From: the human T2T-CHM13v2.0 reference genome, Homo sapiens
Reading direction: 5' to 3' (one strand)
DNA length: 64,000 bases
Assembly: GCF_009914755.1 (NCBI RefSeq)
Contig: NC_060926.1
A program made the translations under genes and the position numbers. How positions within the stretch are numbered: the first letter of the stretch is position 1; each line of letters starts with the position of its first letter. Below are positions 14,310 to 29,520 of this stretch, in pieces. The notes beneath the pieces are model-generated. The model saw only the letters and a program-made list of their open reading frames with translations, was not told where the DNA came from and ran no database searches.

Positions 14310-14547
14310 CAGTGCTTCCTCACCTTTTTTCATATCATGACACACAGAGAAAATAATATTTATATGATCCACTGGAGTAAAGAGTTAAGGTTGCTTGCAG
14401 TGAAAGGCAACTGGCCCAAGGGCTTCTGCCACTCCTGGTCTGGCCTAGCCTCCCAGTGTGCTGACAGGCTCCATAGGTCAGTGTCTCTGCACACCTGTTG
14501 GCCAGCACACATGGGACCACAGCTCACTACTGGAGAAGGAAGCTCTG
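14310..14547. mobile_element. hAT/Charlie-type non-autonomous DNA transposon relic
   Basis: Imperfect terminal inverted repeats cagtgcttcc ... ggaagctctg. Confidence 0.55.
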
Positions 14548-16239
14548 GGTCAGGAGATGTGGCCACAATCACACAATGAGAAGAGCAAGATGCACTGTCA
14601 CCCTGCATCTTGCCCCAGGGACATGTCTACATGACAATAGAGACGTTGGCCTCAGAAAGTTCCCAGTGCTTGTCGCCAACACTGTGTCATCACTCAAACA
14701 AAGCAGGTGGCATGGGTGAGTAAGGGCTTTGAAGGTTGATCTGAGAGCGCCTCAGAAAGTTTCCTTAAAGCATTTGTAACTGTCAAGAGGCTTCCCTAAA
14801 GAAAAGGGGTAAAACTTGGCTCCTATCTCTACTCTGGGAAATTCAGAAAATAATTTCACAGGATGGTTATTGAATGGCCAAAAAGTAATGATTACAAATG
14901 ACTGAGTTAAACTGCTGTGTGTAGCCTCATCTGTCATCATACAAGCGTCTTATCAGAAGTCCCATCAGGATTAGGGGCTCATCATGACTGGTGACATTTG
15001 CTGGCCAAGATGGCTTGGCTTCTTCCATGTCCCCTTCAATCATGGTGGCAGAAGCCTTCCAAGGTTTGAGCATAAACTCGGAGAAACTGCTTTTGGCAAT
15101 GACTCCAGGAGCGGCTTTCAAGATAATGGACTCTTTTTCTGCAAGTGGCACTCTGTCTTCCCAAGACTTCCTGGGTCTTGCTGTCACTGGAGATTCTGGG
15201 CAGCATCGGGACAGGACGAGCTGCTGGCAACAGGTATAACAGAAACTAAACCTTCCGGCCTGCTGAATTAATGATTTTATTAGATACAGGTAGGTCACAC
15301 TCAGGCAGCACTTACACAACATTAAACCTCTGGATGGAAAATGAAAATATTTCCTCAAATCCTGTAATATCTCCAAATGTAAACCAAAGATATATATTTT
15401 CATTAGGACAATAGCAATTTGGCCCAAGAGAAGCAGTCAGGACTAAGCATTAAAGATATTTGGAGCAGGTGAATGAACCATGGGCTAATTGGATAATACT
15501 ACATCTATCTCTTATAATTGTGGACCAAGAGCACCCCTGACTCCTTGGGAGGTTCTGTCAGTGACCTGTAAAGGTGTTGTAGGAAGGTGAGGTCAATTCC
15601 CTATTAATTTCTCATACTCAGCAGTGGGAGGGGAAGAGAGGAGAGTCCTCCCTTTGCCCTGGGCCTCGCACACTGGGTAAACCCTGGTCATTTGTACAGC
15701 ATGCATCCAGAGACTTCTGGAATCCTCATCTTCAAGAATATTGCTGTAACATATCACTACCTCCATAAAATGCATTGCTACAATAGGGAGAAAACAATAA
15801 ATCATTCACTAAGTGACTCATAACCAAACCCAGCCTCATAGCATGAGATTTTTCAAATTCTTATCTCAGCAAAATGACAATTTATTACATATCATGTAAT
15901 TTGGGGTCGCTTGCAAATAGTAGAAAGTGTGACTATTAAATCTGCCACTACCAAGCAACTGCTGTAGTCAGAATATGAGAGAGAAATAAAACAAGATGCA
16001 AAAGTGACTTTTCCACCTACTCTGGGGTCCCAGACTCTGAAATGGGCAGGGGGAGCCAAGAACTATTGTCACAAACTCCAGAAGTTCCAGCCATGGCTTC
16101 CTCACTGCCCACACTTGTAGAACTGTGAGGTTTTCCTGCCTGAGGTAAATAGCAATTATATCTATACTAGGTTTAACTCACCCTTGGGGTGAAAAAGACT
16201 TGAGGAAGATGTGTTTATGGGTTGTTGACTGTTAGGGAG

Positions 16240-16601
16240 AACTGTGGACTAAATGTTTATGGTTCCCCCAAAATTCACATGTCGAAACCCACTCCCCAGT
16301 GTGATGGTATTAGGAGGTGAGGCCTTTGAGAGGTAGGGCTTTTGGCAGAGCTCTCATAAATGGGATTAGTGCCCACAGAAAAGAGGCCCAAAAGAGAACC
16401 CTCACCCCTTCCACCATGTGAGGACACAGCAAGAAGGCACTGCTCGTGAATCAGGAAACAGGCCCTCACCAGACACTCAATCTGCTGGCACCTTGATCTT
16501 GCACTTCCCAATCTCTAGGACTGTGAACAATAAACTTCTGTTGTTTTTAAGCTACCTAGTCTATAGGTTTTTTTTTTTTAAGCAGCCTGAATAGACTAAG
16601 G
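16240..16601 (+). mobile_element. MaLR solo LTR, MLT1A-like
   Basis: ccatgtgaggacacagcaagaagg...ccctcaccagacac...tgctggcaccttgatctt...aataaacttctgttg. Confidence 0.88.
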
Positions 16602-17069
16602 GAGACCCCAAAGATAAAGACTTTTGAGTTTCTGACCTTCATGAATTGATATAAGTGGAGTGAATATAAGACCAACAGAGAGAAGCACTAGAACATGAAG
16701 CAGCCTTCCAGGGGGTTGGAAGGAGGCTAGGAAATAAGTAGAAGGAAATCCACTCTGAGCAAATAGAAAACATGACACCCAAGAGGAAGATACACAATTG
16801 GCTAGTGGGGCACTCTCCCTGAAAGCGGGGCACTAGGAACAAGAGTAACCTAGCCATTCTCCCTGGAAGTCATACATGAAGTAAAGCAGGATCAGGATCT
16901 GCTGGTATCACCCAGAAGAATGAAATGGCAGCCAGGTCTTCTTATAGCTTTGAAATGTCCTTGTTTAATAGAGATCTGTGGCAAGAGATATGGAATTTAT
17001 AAAAGGGGCTGCAAACTAGATTAAGGGAAAAGGAGGCCAGATGGGGAATCCCAGATGGTACCATGCTGT

Positions 17070-17328
17070 CTTGGAGTTGAGATCATGGGTTTAGATGTCA
17101 GGCTGGCCTGAACTCAACTCACAGTTCCAACACTTACTAGCACCTACGTGACCTCAGGCAAACTATTTAACTTCTTCACACTTCACTTTCCTGTTCTGTG
17201 ACATGGGAATAATAGAAGCAATCTTACATGCTTGCCTTGAAGATGCCATAAGAGAGTGCTTATGAAGCACTTAGCACAATGCCTAGCTAGAGTAAGTGTT
17301 CAGTCAATGTGATTTATATTATTATTAT
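17070..17328 (+). mobile_element. MIR, near full length
   Basis: gtgacctcaggcaaactatttaacttc...gcacttagcacaatgcctagc. Confidence 0.82.
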
Positions 17329-18339
17329 AGAAAATAAAATGCTGGGCAAAATATGGGCCCAGCCATTGAGAGTTCTGAGTTTTAAAACTTCAGGGAAGAG
17401 TCATGTGATCCCTATGAGGGAAACATACACTTTGTAGACAGGAGGGGAAGATCTGCAATCCAGACACACCCACGGGGATCCGGCAGGTTTTCAGGGCTGT
17501 GCAGGCAGCGACAGGAGGGGTTGGAGGAGCTGTCTTGGAAAAAAGTGGCCATGGGACATTGGACCTGCTGAGCCTGTGGCCTGTAGATCCTGGCAGACCA
17601 CCACTGATCAACATCAGAGGGGCCAACAGTAGATGGCCTGAACTTGGAGTTGCTTGTAATGCTTACAAAAGCTGTCAGTCTGCGAGCCAGCAAAGCATAC
17701 ATCAGTTTCCCAAGGTGAGAACTGAGGCATGGAAAAACAAGTTAGCGGCCCAATGAGAGGACTTGGAGAACAAGCAGCGGGAAAGGGCAGAGATCCAACA
17801 CTGGGCCCAGGACTCAGCCTCCTTCTAGCCATGTGTCCAAGATTCATTGACTTGGCAATTGTGCAATCTGTGCTGTTTATATTCATTATCCCTCAACCAT
17901 GTTCAAGTTCCAAGAAAAGGTGCTGCAGACCATCTCCATCCCCATCTGCTCTGAGTAATTATGGAGATTTCATGTTGCCCTAAAGAGAAGAGACTGTCTA
18001 ATGTTTTCAGATTTTTTTAACATGAAAAAAAGATAAAGCTCGGGGACCACAGGCCTATAAGTTTAACAGTGCTCTTGGAGAAAACTCTAAAATAGATCAT
18101 TAATCAGATGGCACGGAAGCCTTTAGAAATATACATCGACCAGAGGGAGACAAAACTAGTTCAGTAGGAATAAGACATGGTCAGTCTAGGGATAGTATCT
18201 TTACTATCAAAATGAGCAACCTCTTCCCCCATGCTCAAAAAGAAAAATAATTACAAAACAAAGACACCTGTAAAAATAAATATAGATCCTGATCTCTCTT
18301 TCTCCCTCTCTCTTTCTGAAACACACACACACACACAAA

Positions 18340-20060
18340 TATCCAAATATCAATGGCTAATAAATATTTGAAAAAAATCTCAATTCCAACAGTAATCAAA
18401 TAAAAGAAAATTAAAATACTGGACTACTACTTTTCACTTATTGAATTAGAAAATATTTAAAATCACTTAAATAATTTAAATAAATTTAATAGATATTTTG
18501 GTAATTTAAATACAATTTAAAATATATTTTAAAATAATTATGCTCAGCACTGCTGAGGGCAATGAGATAGATAATCTTATACATTCCTGGTAGAAGTATG
18601 AATTGTAAATTTAATTTTTTTAATAATAATGTAATAATTGACTAACAATGAGTATGTGTAAATTGCTATGCACATGGATCATTTTATTTTTTTATTACAA
18701 AAACCCCATGAAACAGGTATTGGTATTCTCGTTTTGCATATGAAGAAATTAAAAGGGTCAGTTTCAAATGCCCCAGAGATTCTGATTCTCACTTGTCATC
18801 TAGGGGTTGCAGGGAGAATGGAAATGGGTAAGGAGAGGATGAGGCAAGAGAAAGCCCTACAGGGGGTTCTGATTTGGATATACCATTCCCCTGTTTAGAA
18901 TAACAACAATGCATTATACTGTACATAAGGACAGATAACTAATTTAGGCAGTATTTAAGAGTGTTGATACTTTTGACTGATTCTCTCCTAAGAAAATATT
19001 TGAAAGTTATAAAAGTGTTTGTGAACAATCACAGCCTTCAGTGATTTTATAATAATAAATGCTATCTTAGTTGGAAACAACTTAAATATCTAGCAATAGG
19101 TTAAATGATTTAGAAAATAATAGTAATAGTAGTAGTAAGAGTAGTAGTAATAATAATTGTTATTGCATACTCATTATGTACCAGGTGCTAGTTTAAGCTT
19201 TACTTGAATTATCTCACCTATTCTTTATTGACATGGTTTGACCGTGTCCCCACCCAAATCTCATCTTGAATTGTAGTTCCCATAATCTCCACACGTCATG
19301 GGAGGGGCCCAGTGGGAGGTAATAGAATCATACGGCAGTTACCCCCATGCTGCTGTTCTCATGATAGCGAGTGAATTCTTGTGAGATCTGATGGTTTTAT
19401 AAGGAGCTTTTCCCCCTTTGCTCGGCATTTCTTTCTCCAGCTGCCATGTGAATAAGGACATATTTGCTTCAATTTCTGCCACAATTGTAAATTTCCCGAG
19501 CCCTCCTCAGCCATGCAGAACTGTGAGTCAATTAAAACTCTTTCCTTTATGAATTACCCAGTCTGGGGCAGTTCTTTACAGCAGTGTGAGAAGGGACTAA
19601 TACACTTACAAAAACCTTGTAAGTTAGAGATTATAATTATCCCTATTTTGCGTATAAGAAAACTGAGCCATCGAAAAGTAACTTGCTCAAGACCCCAAGC
19701 CAGCCCATGACAGCATCAGAATGACAGCCCAGGAAGTCTTACTCCAGAGCTTTTACTATTAATGATCAAACTCTATATATGTAGTTCATTTCCATGATGG
19801 AATATTATAGAGCCATTAGAGATAATGTTTTCAAAGGGTTTTTGATAACATAGGGAAATATTTACATTATATGCTTGGAAAATTACATATATTGTATGAT
19901 CTAGCTGTGTGAAAAATATACAAAGAAAATGCCTGGAAGGAAATGCACCAATTAACAGTAATTGCCTTTCAATGGTCTGGTTATGAGTCATTTATTTTCT
20001 TCTTTATACTTTTCTGAATTTTTCTAATGGACTAAAATAACCATGTGTCATTTTTTTTTT
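18340..20060 (+). mobile_element. Old L1M (L1ME-like) ORF2 end and 3'UTR, interrupted by MIRs and THE1
   Basis: caatggctaataaatatttgaaaaaa...cattcctggtagaagtatgaattgta; ttggaaacaacttaaatatctagcaatagg; gatggaatattatagagccatta. Confidence 0.65.
19229..19604 (+). mobile_element. THE1C-like MaLR solo LTR inserted into a minus-strand MIR (about 19140-19770)
   Basis: tgacatggtttgaccgtgtccccacccaaatctcatcttgaattgtagttcccataat ... ggactaataca; MIR sequence continues on both sides. Confidence 0.9.
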
Positions 20061-22619
20061 AAATCCAGGGTGGAAATAAAGTAAGCCATGTTCATGCCAA
20101 ATTACCCTTATTTTCATTTTGACAGTGTATTTTAAAATTTGACAAAGTAACTTATATTTTAGTACATTAAAAAATGGAAACAAGGGAACAAGTTTAATAA
20201 AAATAATGCTTAGAATTATTTATTAATGAAGCAATGTTTCCTGTACTAAGTAAATAAAAGAGGACCAAGATTAAGGCTTATACACTCTTGAATTTCTACT
20301 CCCCTTACCCCAGTATCTAGCAGAGTGCCTTATGTAGTGTCGACTTTTGGCAAATATTTATAGAATGAGTGATTTTATCTTGCTGAACACTTTTAAAAAT
20401 CAATGACAAGACATAGAAAAAAATGCTTATTGAATTTGTAGCGATAACTGATATCACAGAAAATAGAGTTAACATTTGTAATTAAGCCGTATACAGGATG
20501 AAATTTAATACTTGTCAAAATTTATGGATCAGAAGTCTTAAAATATTTTTTATTAATTGAATTGCTAATGTTGACTATCCCAGGGAAGTAACAGAGAATG
20601 GGCACAAATACTTAGACCCAGTGATGTTCCTTGTTCCAGTACTTGGTAGAACCTAAAGATTAGAAAGAATTAGATGTTTAACGGTATGTGATAGGTTGCA
20701 TATACTTTGGGCATCCTTAAAATAAAATCTTATCCAGTAAAAGCGTTTTGTAGAAATTTATGTGTTGATGTAGAAGTATTTTTTACAAATATGTTAATTT
20801 TAAAAGGCAGGTCATAAAACAATATAAACAATGTGATCTAATGTTGTGAAAATATATAGGTGCTAGCTAGAGATAAATGCATGAAACAGATTGGGAGGCT
20901 ATACATGAAAATGTTAGGGGTAGATATCTTTGCATGATTTAATTATAGGTAGCTTTGTTATATTTGTATTTTTTCATTATGTTTTGATGAATGTGAATTA
21001 CTTTTGAAAAACAAATGTAAAACTATTCTCTATACAAGTATAGAATGTGTTCTGGAAAACTGCAGTTGGTGCTGATTTTACATTTCATATATAGTTTAAA
21101 AAATGGGTCTGGATGTATGATTGCCCCAAGCTCTGGATAGCTAGCAGTGCAGCATGGCAGCTAAGAAGACGTTAATTCCAATCTTAAGTGACATCACGAG
21201 AAGCAAAATCTCTTGGCTATGGGCAGCAGTGACTGCTCTGGGCTCCACAGTGGGCAAAGCACAGTGATAATTTTGCATTCATTTCTTGCATTGTTTTAGA
21301 AAAGAACTGGCAAACTAGGGAATCCAGAATACAACAAGCAGGTGGTAGGCATCTGCCATGAACATGGCTTGCCCAGAAAAAGAGTCTATTGGGAAGCGTT
21401 ACCTCCACCATCCTTCCCAATCTGGTGTCTGTTTTCTTTTACATAATCCTCCCTGAGTCTCCACCACTAGGAAACATTTTGGGATGGTTCCTCAGAATAA
21501 CACATGTGCCTGCATGGAGGGTGGAAAATGGTTTGAGTTGTAGTTGAAGTTAGACCTTGGAAGAATAGTCAGGCCATCATGAGGATAGCTGAGCCAAGGT
21601 GAGCGGGAGAACAACAGGCACAAGAGAGAGCAAGAGCAAAAATGCAAGCCTGGTGGGCCTAATTTGAGCCCTGAAACCCAGATCTTGGTATAAGAGCAGT
21701 GAAAAAGGGTAGAGATCATCAGCAACAGCAAGCTAGAAAGATGGCTTTGGCAGTAGCTTTTCATGTGCCTCAGGTCAGGAAGATCATGTTATATTATACT
21801 CATTCAATTATTCATCAAATACTACCTGAGCCCTTGTTCTGTTCTTGAACTGTAACTAGGTGCTGCACCTAGTTACACAAAACCGAGCATCACGCCAAAA
21901 AGTCCCAGCCCCCATGGACCTTGGAGTCCATATCAATGGAAAGAGAAGGACCAAATGGATGCTTGAAAAGTAAACGATATATTATAAATTTGCATGCCCT
22001 TTTTGCAGAAGAATCATGCTCATGTTGTATGTATCATTACTTTTTATCATAAAATAGCCTTCCACATTTATGTCTTGATGGCATAATTTAGCTTATGAGC
22101 CCGCTGGGAAAATTCTGTAACTTATGTGGCCATCTACTACTTTGTTGTCACTCCAGAACTACTGAGTGGTGATAACACAGCCCATGAATCCATCTCTGGT
22201 CATATTTAGAGAAGGTTGCCCAGGTTTTTAGGACGAGGAGAAATATGAGACGTGTTTTGAATATGTGGACCTTAGGGTTTTTCAATGTGGGAAAAGAGAA
22301 TCAAATGAAGAACTGAAATTTCAAACAAGGACTATTGAAAGGAGACTTGTTTACCCTCTATAGAGACTGAATCAATTAAAGAGTGGCCTCAACTTAAAGC
22401 TGAAGCATGATAGGAACACCATGCCATGAGCCATTTGCTCTACTTGGTGATTTGAAGTTTTATGCTTAGAGCTTCATGAAACTCAGAATGAAACCATAGT
22501 CAGAACACACAAGGATATTTGCTATTGACAATCCAGTTCCAAAAATAGCAAAACAATAATTTCTAGGATATCTGATTTCAAAGATGTGCAGAAAAGGGAG
22601 AAAAGAACATTATTATATT

Positions 22620-22936
<317 letters not shown>

Positions 22937-22939
22937 ATA

Positions 22940-23470
<531 letters not shown>

Positions 23471-23959
23471 CCCCAAACCCCCATTAGAATCAAATAATTA
23501 GAGGCAAGCATGGGTTTTGACTCTATAGCCAGTGATACATACCACAGCAGTACAAGAAACTCTATCATGTGTGCCAGGCACTAAGGATGCAACTAGAAAT
23601 GTGGATAAAATGCCAAAAACACCTTCCAATACATGTAATGAAGACTTCAAGAATTCACTTGTAATGTTACTTTTATCATTTGTATTGCATTCAATTCAAC
23701 AAACATTGATTGAATGCCTACACCATACATACTCATTCCCTAGTTTAGTAGAACCTCAGAGAGCTACTGCATTCTGATGTGAGGTCAGAGGCTGTTGTTT
23801 CAAGTCTCTACTTCTGACATTGAGAAGTTTTCAGTCCCTAACTATGCAGGGCCAGTTTACTTGACTATTATGCTCCACAAAGGTAAAACAGAGCTCTATC
23901 AGCTTCACGAATTAACAAAAGTAACGCTTTCCATATAGTAGGAGAGCGGATATTTATTC

Positions 23960-24121
23960 AATGAAAAAAAGGAAGAAAAAAGGAACGGATGAAAGAAGGG
24001 AAGACAGACAAAGAGGGAGAGAGAGATGGACAGTCAGACACTGAGACAAACAGAGGGTGGTTAGAAAGACAGACATGAGGACAGTCAGAGGGACAGTTAG
24101 ACAAAGGGACAGACAGACAGA
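23960..24121 (+). repeat. Degenerate purine-rich (GAAG)/(GACA)n tract
   Basis: Seen directly. Confidence 0.7.
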
Positions 24122-24321
24122 AAAACATGGTTATTTGTCCTTTTGTTCTCTTATCTTTGGACCATGACAATTCCTACCTGCTTCAAAGGACTATTGAAAG
24201 GAACATATTAAAAATGAGAGAAGCATTAGATTCTGAATGGTTATGAATAGTGCCAATATTAGGTGGCAAGTAAAACAGACAAATCACACTAACATAGAGT
24301 ATTTGATATTTAAAAATTTAT

Positions 24322-25172
<851 letters not shown>

Positions 25173-28011
25173 TTTATATAATCTGCATACTGAAGCTAAT
25201 CAATCTTCACAAAAACAATCTGGAATAAGAGGTCAGATCCATTCAAAGCTTTTAAGTTGAGCTGCTTGGTTATTGAAGTGAACCAGCCCATGTCTCCCCT
25301 GGTGACATCACCTAGTCAATGAGAAGCTGACAGCAACCAAGCTCAACCCCTTTCTTAGAAGTAGAGAATCAATTGTGATGGTTCTTCCAAGACAAAAGCC
25401 TCTTTGGCCTCTATCCCCTTACAAAAGTCTCTGGGGCAAGTTGAAGGTGCCACATAGATAGACTCTGACATGGGATCCAAGCTGCAGCTTCAGAGGGACC
25501 CTAGTGGGTAAAGGCTGGCAGTTACGTGACTGGGGTCCAAATGGGGTCAAGAAGAGGAGCTGGGGAGAGAGAATTACTCACCCAAAGTGCTGGGACTAAG
25601 AAGGTTTCAATCACCCATGAAAAAATCTGGACATTTCAATAATGAAACCTGAACTCTGCCTCCCACATCAGTGAGCATCTTGGCCTTCATCACACTAACA
25701 ACTTTACTGCTCACAGGGCTTCCCTGGGAATGGGGGCCATTTCCAACTCATGACAGCCTTCGCTTCTATTCAGCCTCACCTCAGGCAGGGCCTGTGTGAC
25801 TGCGAGTGAACAGGGCAGGGAGGTTCATCTTGTCCAAGGCCCTCTTTCTGGAGGGAAAATGCAGGGACAGGTCCATTAGGTGAGATGCCATCTTAATCCT
25901 AAGGCAGGCTTGCTGATAAACATCAGCAGGGCAAGCACTCTACATTGCTTTTCCCACAGTAGGTATGGGCGAATGGTGCTAAGCCCTCTTCTGAACACCC
26001 TTGTGACCAAGGGCCTGAGTTCACAGGCTGCTTGACCTGGACTGAGACCTGAGCTGGAGTTGAGAGAAGAGATGGGCGGCCTTGCCTCTGTTACAGGCTG
26101 TGGGGAAAGAATTCCATGGCTGTGGGCCTAGTTTCTGCATTCATAATAGAAAGGGGCTAGGCCAATTGATTGCCAAGGTCCTTCCTGGCTCTGATTTCCC
26201 CTACAGGCTTTATATCTGTATGTTAGATTCTCCACCTAGCCAGGGATCCAACACTAGGCACTGACACATTAGTCCAGTGATCTATCCAACAGAAACCAGC
26301 AACCATAGCTCAGGGCCAGGGAACCCCTGGCAGGAGACTCTGGCATGCCAAACCTCACTTATTCTCCCATTCTAGCCAGGTGAGCAAGCATGCCTTAGGT
26401 TGCAATCCAAAGTGGAACTACAACCTGAAGAGCTTATTCCCTCCTTTTTGTTTGCTCTAAGACACCTAGAGCAGCCCAGAGCAAGAGCCTTCCCTACACA
26501 CAGCTGCAGCCCCTACCAAAATAACAGCTGCAACGGCCAGCAATGAATAGGGCCCTTCATGTGCCAGCCACCTTTCAGTGAAGGACTCATAATAACAAAC
26601 ACTTCTTGTACTTTGGCAACGTCTCAGCCAAATATCACAATAATGGCCAGGCTCTAGGCAATAGACAAGAAAAACTCCAATATCCTAGGGATACAATTCA
26701 ATCTCAGCAGCCTTAAACAGACCAAGAAAAACAAGTTGTGCTCTTTCTGGGCTCTTGGTATTTACTTTTTCTGATGTTGAGTTTCATGATTCCCCTATCC
26801 ATGGGTAGGAGCGGGGATGGAAAAAGCAACAATCCATTTTTCCATATTGATAATGCATAAGCTAGCTGAGATTTCTAAAGCTTCTACAATTTTTCATTTC
26901 TTCTTCCCGCCAAAGCTTACCCAGAAGTTTCCCTTAATGAGAATTTCCTCTGTTTCATTTAGAGTATGATGTTCGACTTGGAAACCTGGAAGCCAGCCCT
27001 TTTCAGACTAGCCTTTGCTCATCAGGGAAGTCTCCCATACCACAGTCAGTTATGTACATAAGACAGAGTAGTACTCACCTTGGTGGTATAAAATTAAAGA
27101 CTAAATGAAGGAAGCAACAGACTTCAAAAGAAAAGCTATCCCCTCCACAAAGGAAGGAGATGAGAACAAGAATCCACGGAACAGCCCGGATCACTTTCCT
27201 TTTGTCATTAGTGAGCCCCTGAGGACGGATTCCTGTTTGACGTGGAGCCTGTACTTTTGACAAAGTCCCTGAACATGACCCTTAAATTGATTTTAAATCC
27301 CTCTTCAGAAGAAACTGAAATGATAAAACACACAGCATCTTTTAAAGACCATCTGCCAGAAACCACCCAACAGATGGGGGCTTAAAACTCTGTTAGCCTG
27401 AGGCCTGCCAGTCTTTGTTTAAACTTTAAGAGAACTGCAGGTGTTAAATGGGCCCCAGGTTTGCAGGCTTCTTTAGGGCACAGGTTCTAATGAGGATTCT
27501 ATGAGAATTGCTAGACAATTGGATCAGGACAGGCCTGCAAGGCTCCAACCAAGCCCATTTTATGGTTCACATGGAGGTCTCGAGATACATAAAATCTCCC
27601 TCTGAAATAAAAAAAAAAATGCTTAGACCATGTTTTTTTTTTCTTTAATTGAAAAGTTGCAAAGAAAGCTCTCAGAGAACATTGGGTTTCCATGCCACTG
27701 CATGCAAAACTTAGGCCTACAATGCAAAATACCTAAATCTTGCAACTTTTCCTATTTTCATATTAGTTTCCTACATGACCTTGGGACTAGCAGATGCCTT
27801 AGGGAGTATTTAATCCAAACTCACCACACACAGGAGGAAACTGAGGCCCCACAGGAGGAGCTACTTGCCTAAGACTTTGCAGGATGTTAGTGGAAGAAAT
27901 AAGATCCCACTATGGTACAGTGTCCTTCCTAATATCTCTGCTACTCTGGGTCTTCAGTGGTGGGAGAGACACTATGGCAGGGGGTGGGTTGGAGAAAGAC
28001 AAAGAAGTGTG

Positions 28012-28675
28012 CTATTCTAGTTATCTGTTGCTGTGTAGCAAACAACCCCAATACTTAGGGCTTAAAACAATGACAGCATTTATTTTGCTCACAAATCTTC
28101 AGCTTGGGCAAGGCTTGGTTGGGGCAGCTTGTCTCTGGTCAACTCTAGCTCGCTTGGGTCATTCAAAGGCTGGGGGCTGGAATCATCTGAAGGCTCATTC
28201 ACTCACATATCTGGTGGGTGATTCTGACTTTTTTTTAATTAACTGACTTTTCTGGGAAATTATTTTATTGATTGATTGATTGAGACAGAGTCTCTCTCTG
28301 TCACCCAGGCCAGAGTGCAGTGTTTCAATCACAGCTCATGGCAGCCTCGACCTTCTGAGCTGATGCTGACTCTTGGCTGGGATCTCACCTGGGGCTTTAG
28401 CCGGAACATCATCTGTAAGAGGCCTTTCCATGTGGCCACTTGGCTTTTTTACAACACGGTTTCAAGATGGGGGGTACCGAGAGAGAGAGCAGATGGAAGC
28501 TGTATTAGCTTTTCCAACGCAACCTCAGAACTCATCCAGTGTCACTTCCACTGCATTCTACTCATCAGGCATGAGTGACCCAGGCAAGTCCATTTTCAAG
28601 GAGAAGGGAATTCGACTCTATTTTTGAATGGAAGGGGTGTCAAAGAATTTGTGGACCTGTTTTAAAGCCACCACA
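28012..28675 (-). mobile_element. MaLR solo LTR (MLT1F/G/H group) containing a truncated Alu
   Basis: tagttatctgttgctgtgtagcaaacaaccccaa...ggcttaaaacaa; ggctggaatcatctgaagg; ends aaagccaccaca. Confidence 0.8.
28230..28360 (-). mobile_element. Heavily 5'-truncated AluJ (last ~80 nt plus a complex tail)
   Basis: gagacagagtctctctctgtcacccaggc...cacagctcatggcagcctcgacc; TSD tgattctgact (28219) / tgatgctgact (28361). Confidence 0.8.
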
Positions 28676-28764
28676 TATGCCAAAGATGTCTTTTTCTACC
28701 ACATGGGTTAGAAAGTGAGGAATCGATTTTCACTGTTTTAAATACACAGCCCCACAGGAAAGTG

Positions 28765-28990
28765 TGCTTTACTCTGTGCCTACCATATACTAGGCACTAG
28801 ACTGAATGGTTTGTATGGCTATTTCATTTCAGTTTCAATCCTGACAACAGCAGTCACACTCACATTTTACCGAAGAAGAAACTGAGACTCAGAGATCATC
28901 TAATTTGCCTAAACTCACTGAATTAGGAAGTGGTTGAGGTAGATTTTATCCCAGATCTGGACTGAAGGCTCACTCTCTTTTCATAACTTC
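28765..28990 (-). mobile_element. MIR
   Basis: cattttaccgaagaagaaactgagactcagaga. Confidence 0.72.
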
Positions 28991-29259
28991 CTGCAACTTC
29001 CTGCCAGCTTCCACTGAGGTGGGAAACTGTATCCCTGCTGGTACAACACCCCTGAAAATGCTGGGCTCTAGAGAAGTTTGATATAAATGAACCCTCCACC
29101 ATATATAATAAAATGAGCAAAACCTTCCCTCCCAGTTGCTGGCAAGGTCTACTTCTTGTACAGATGAGAAGAAAGCTGGGGCTCTCAATTTGTTTGGAGT
29201 ACTCCTGGTGAAATCGTGTCTACCTTATGCACTAATGAAAGGATCAGTGGTTCTTTGCC

Positions 29260-29520
29260 TGACACAATCTTTTTCATCCTTTGGACCCAGCTTAAATGTC
29301 ACCTGCTCAAAAAGTCCTTCTCAGATTATCCTATCAAAGTAGGTCCCCGCTTAGCAGCATGTCCCATCACTGCCCATGGTTTGCCTCCTTCCTGGCATGT
29401 ATCCCAACCAATAATTACACACGGGCTTAGTCACTTGCTTATTGTCTGACTGCTACCATAGTGCCTGGCAGAGAGTAGGTGCTAAATAAATATTTGTTGG
29501 ATGGACAAATGACTGAATGA
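29260..29520 (+). mobile_element. L2 3' end
   Basis: cagcttaaatgtcacctgctc...gtgcctggcagagagtaggtgctaaataaatatttgttggatg. Confidence 0.78.

Larger units (their letters stand above)
17900..22400 (+). mobile_element. Fragmented L3/CR1 LINE ORF2 relic (pieces at about 17900-18200, 20080-20520, 21095-21330, 22200-22400)
   Basis: Decayed RT-region peptides in the expected order: GDHRPISLTVLLEKTLK*II (from 18042), MLIEF (from 20423), QCSMAAKK / PILSDITRS (from 21145). Confidence 0.7.

Noticed and set aside
14927-15427. 166-aa minus-strand ORF in unique sequence
   Set aside because: Non-ATG start, no recognisable domain, not ALK sequence and no convincing splice boundaries; a chance ORF of this length is plausible in 64 kb.
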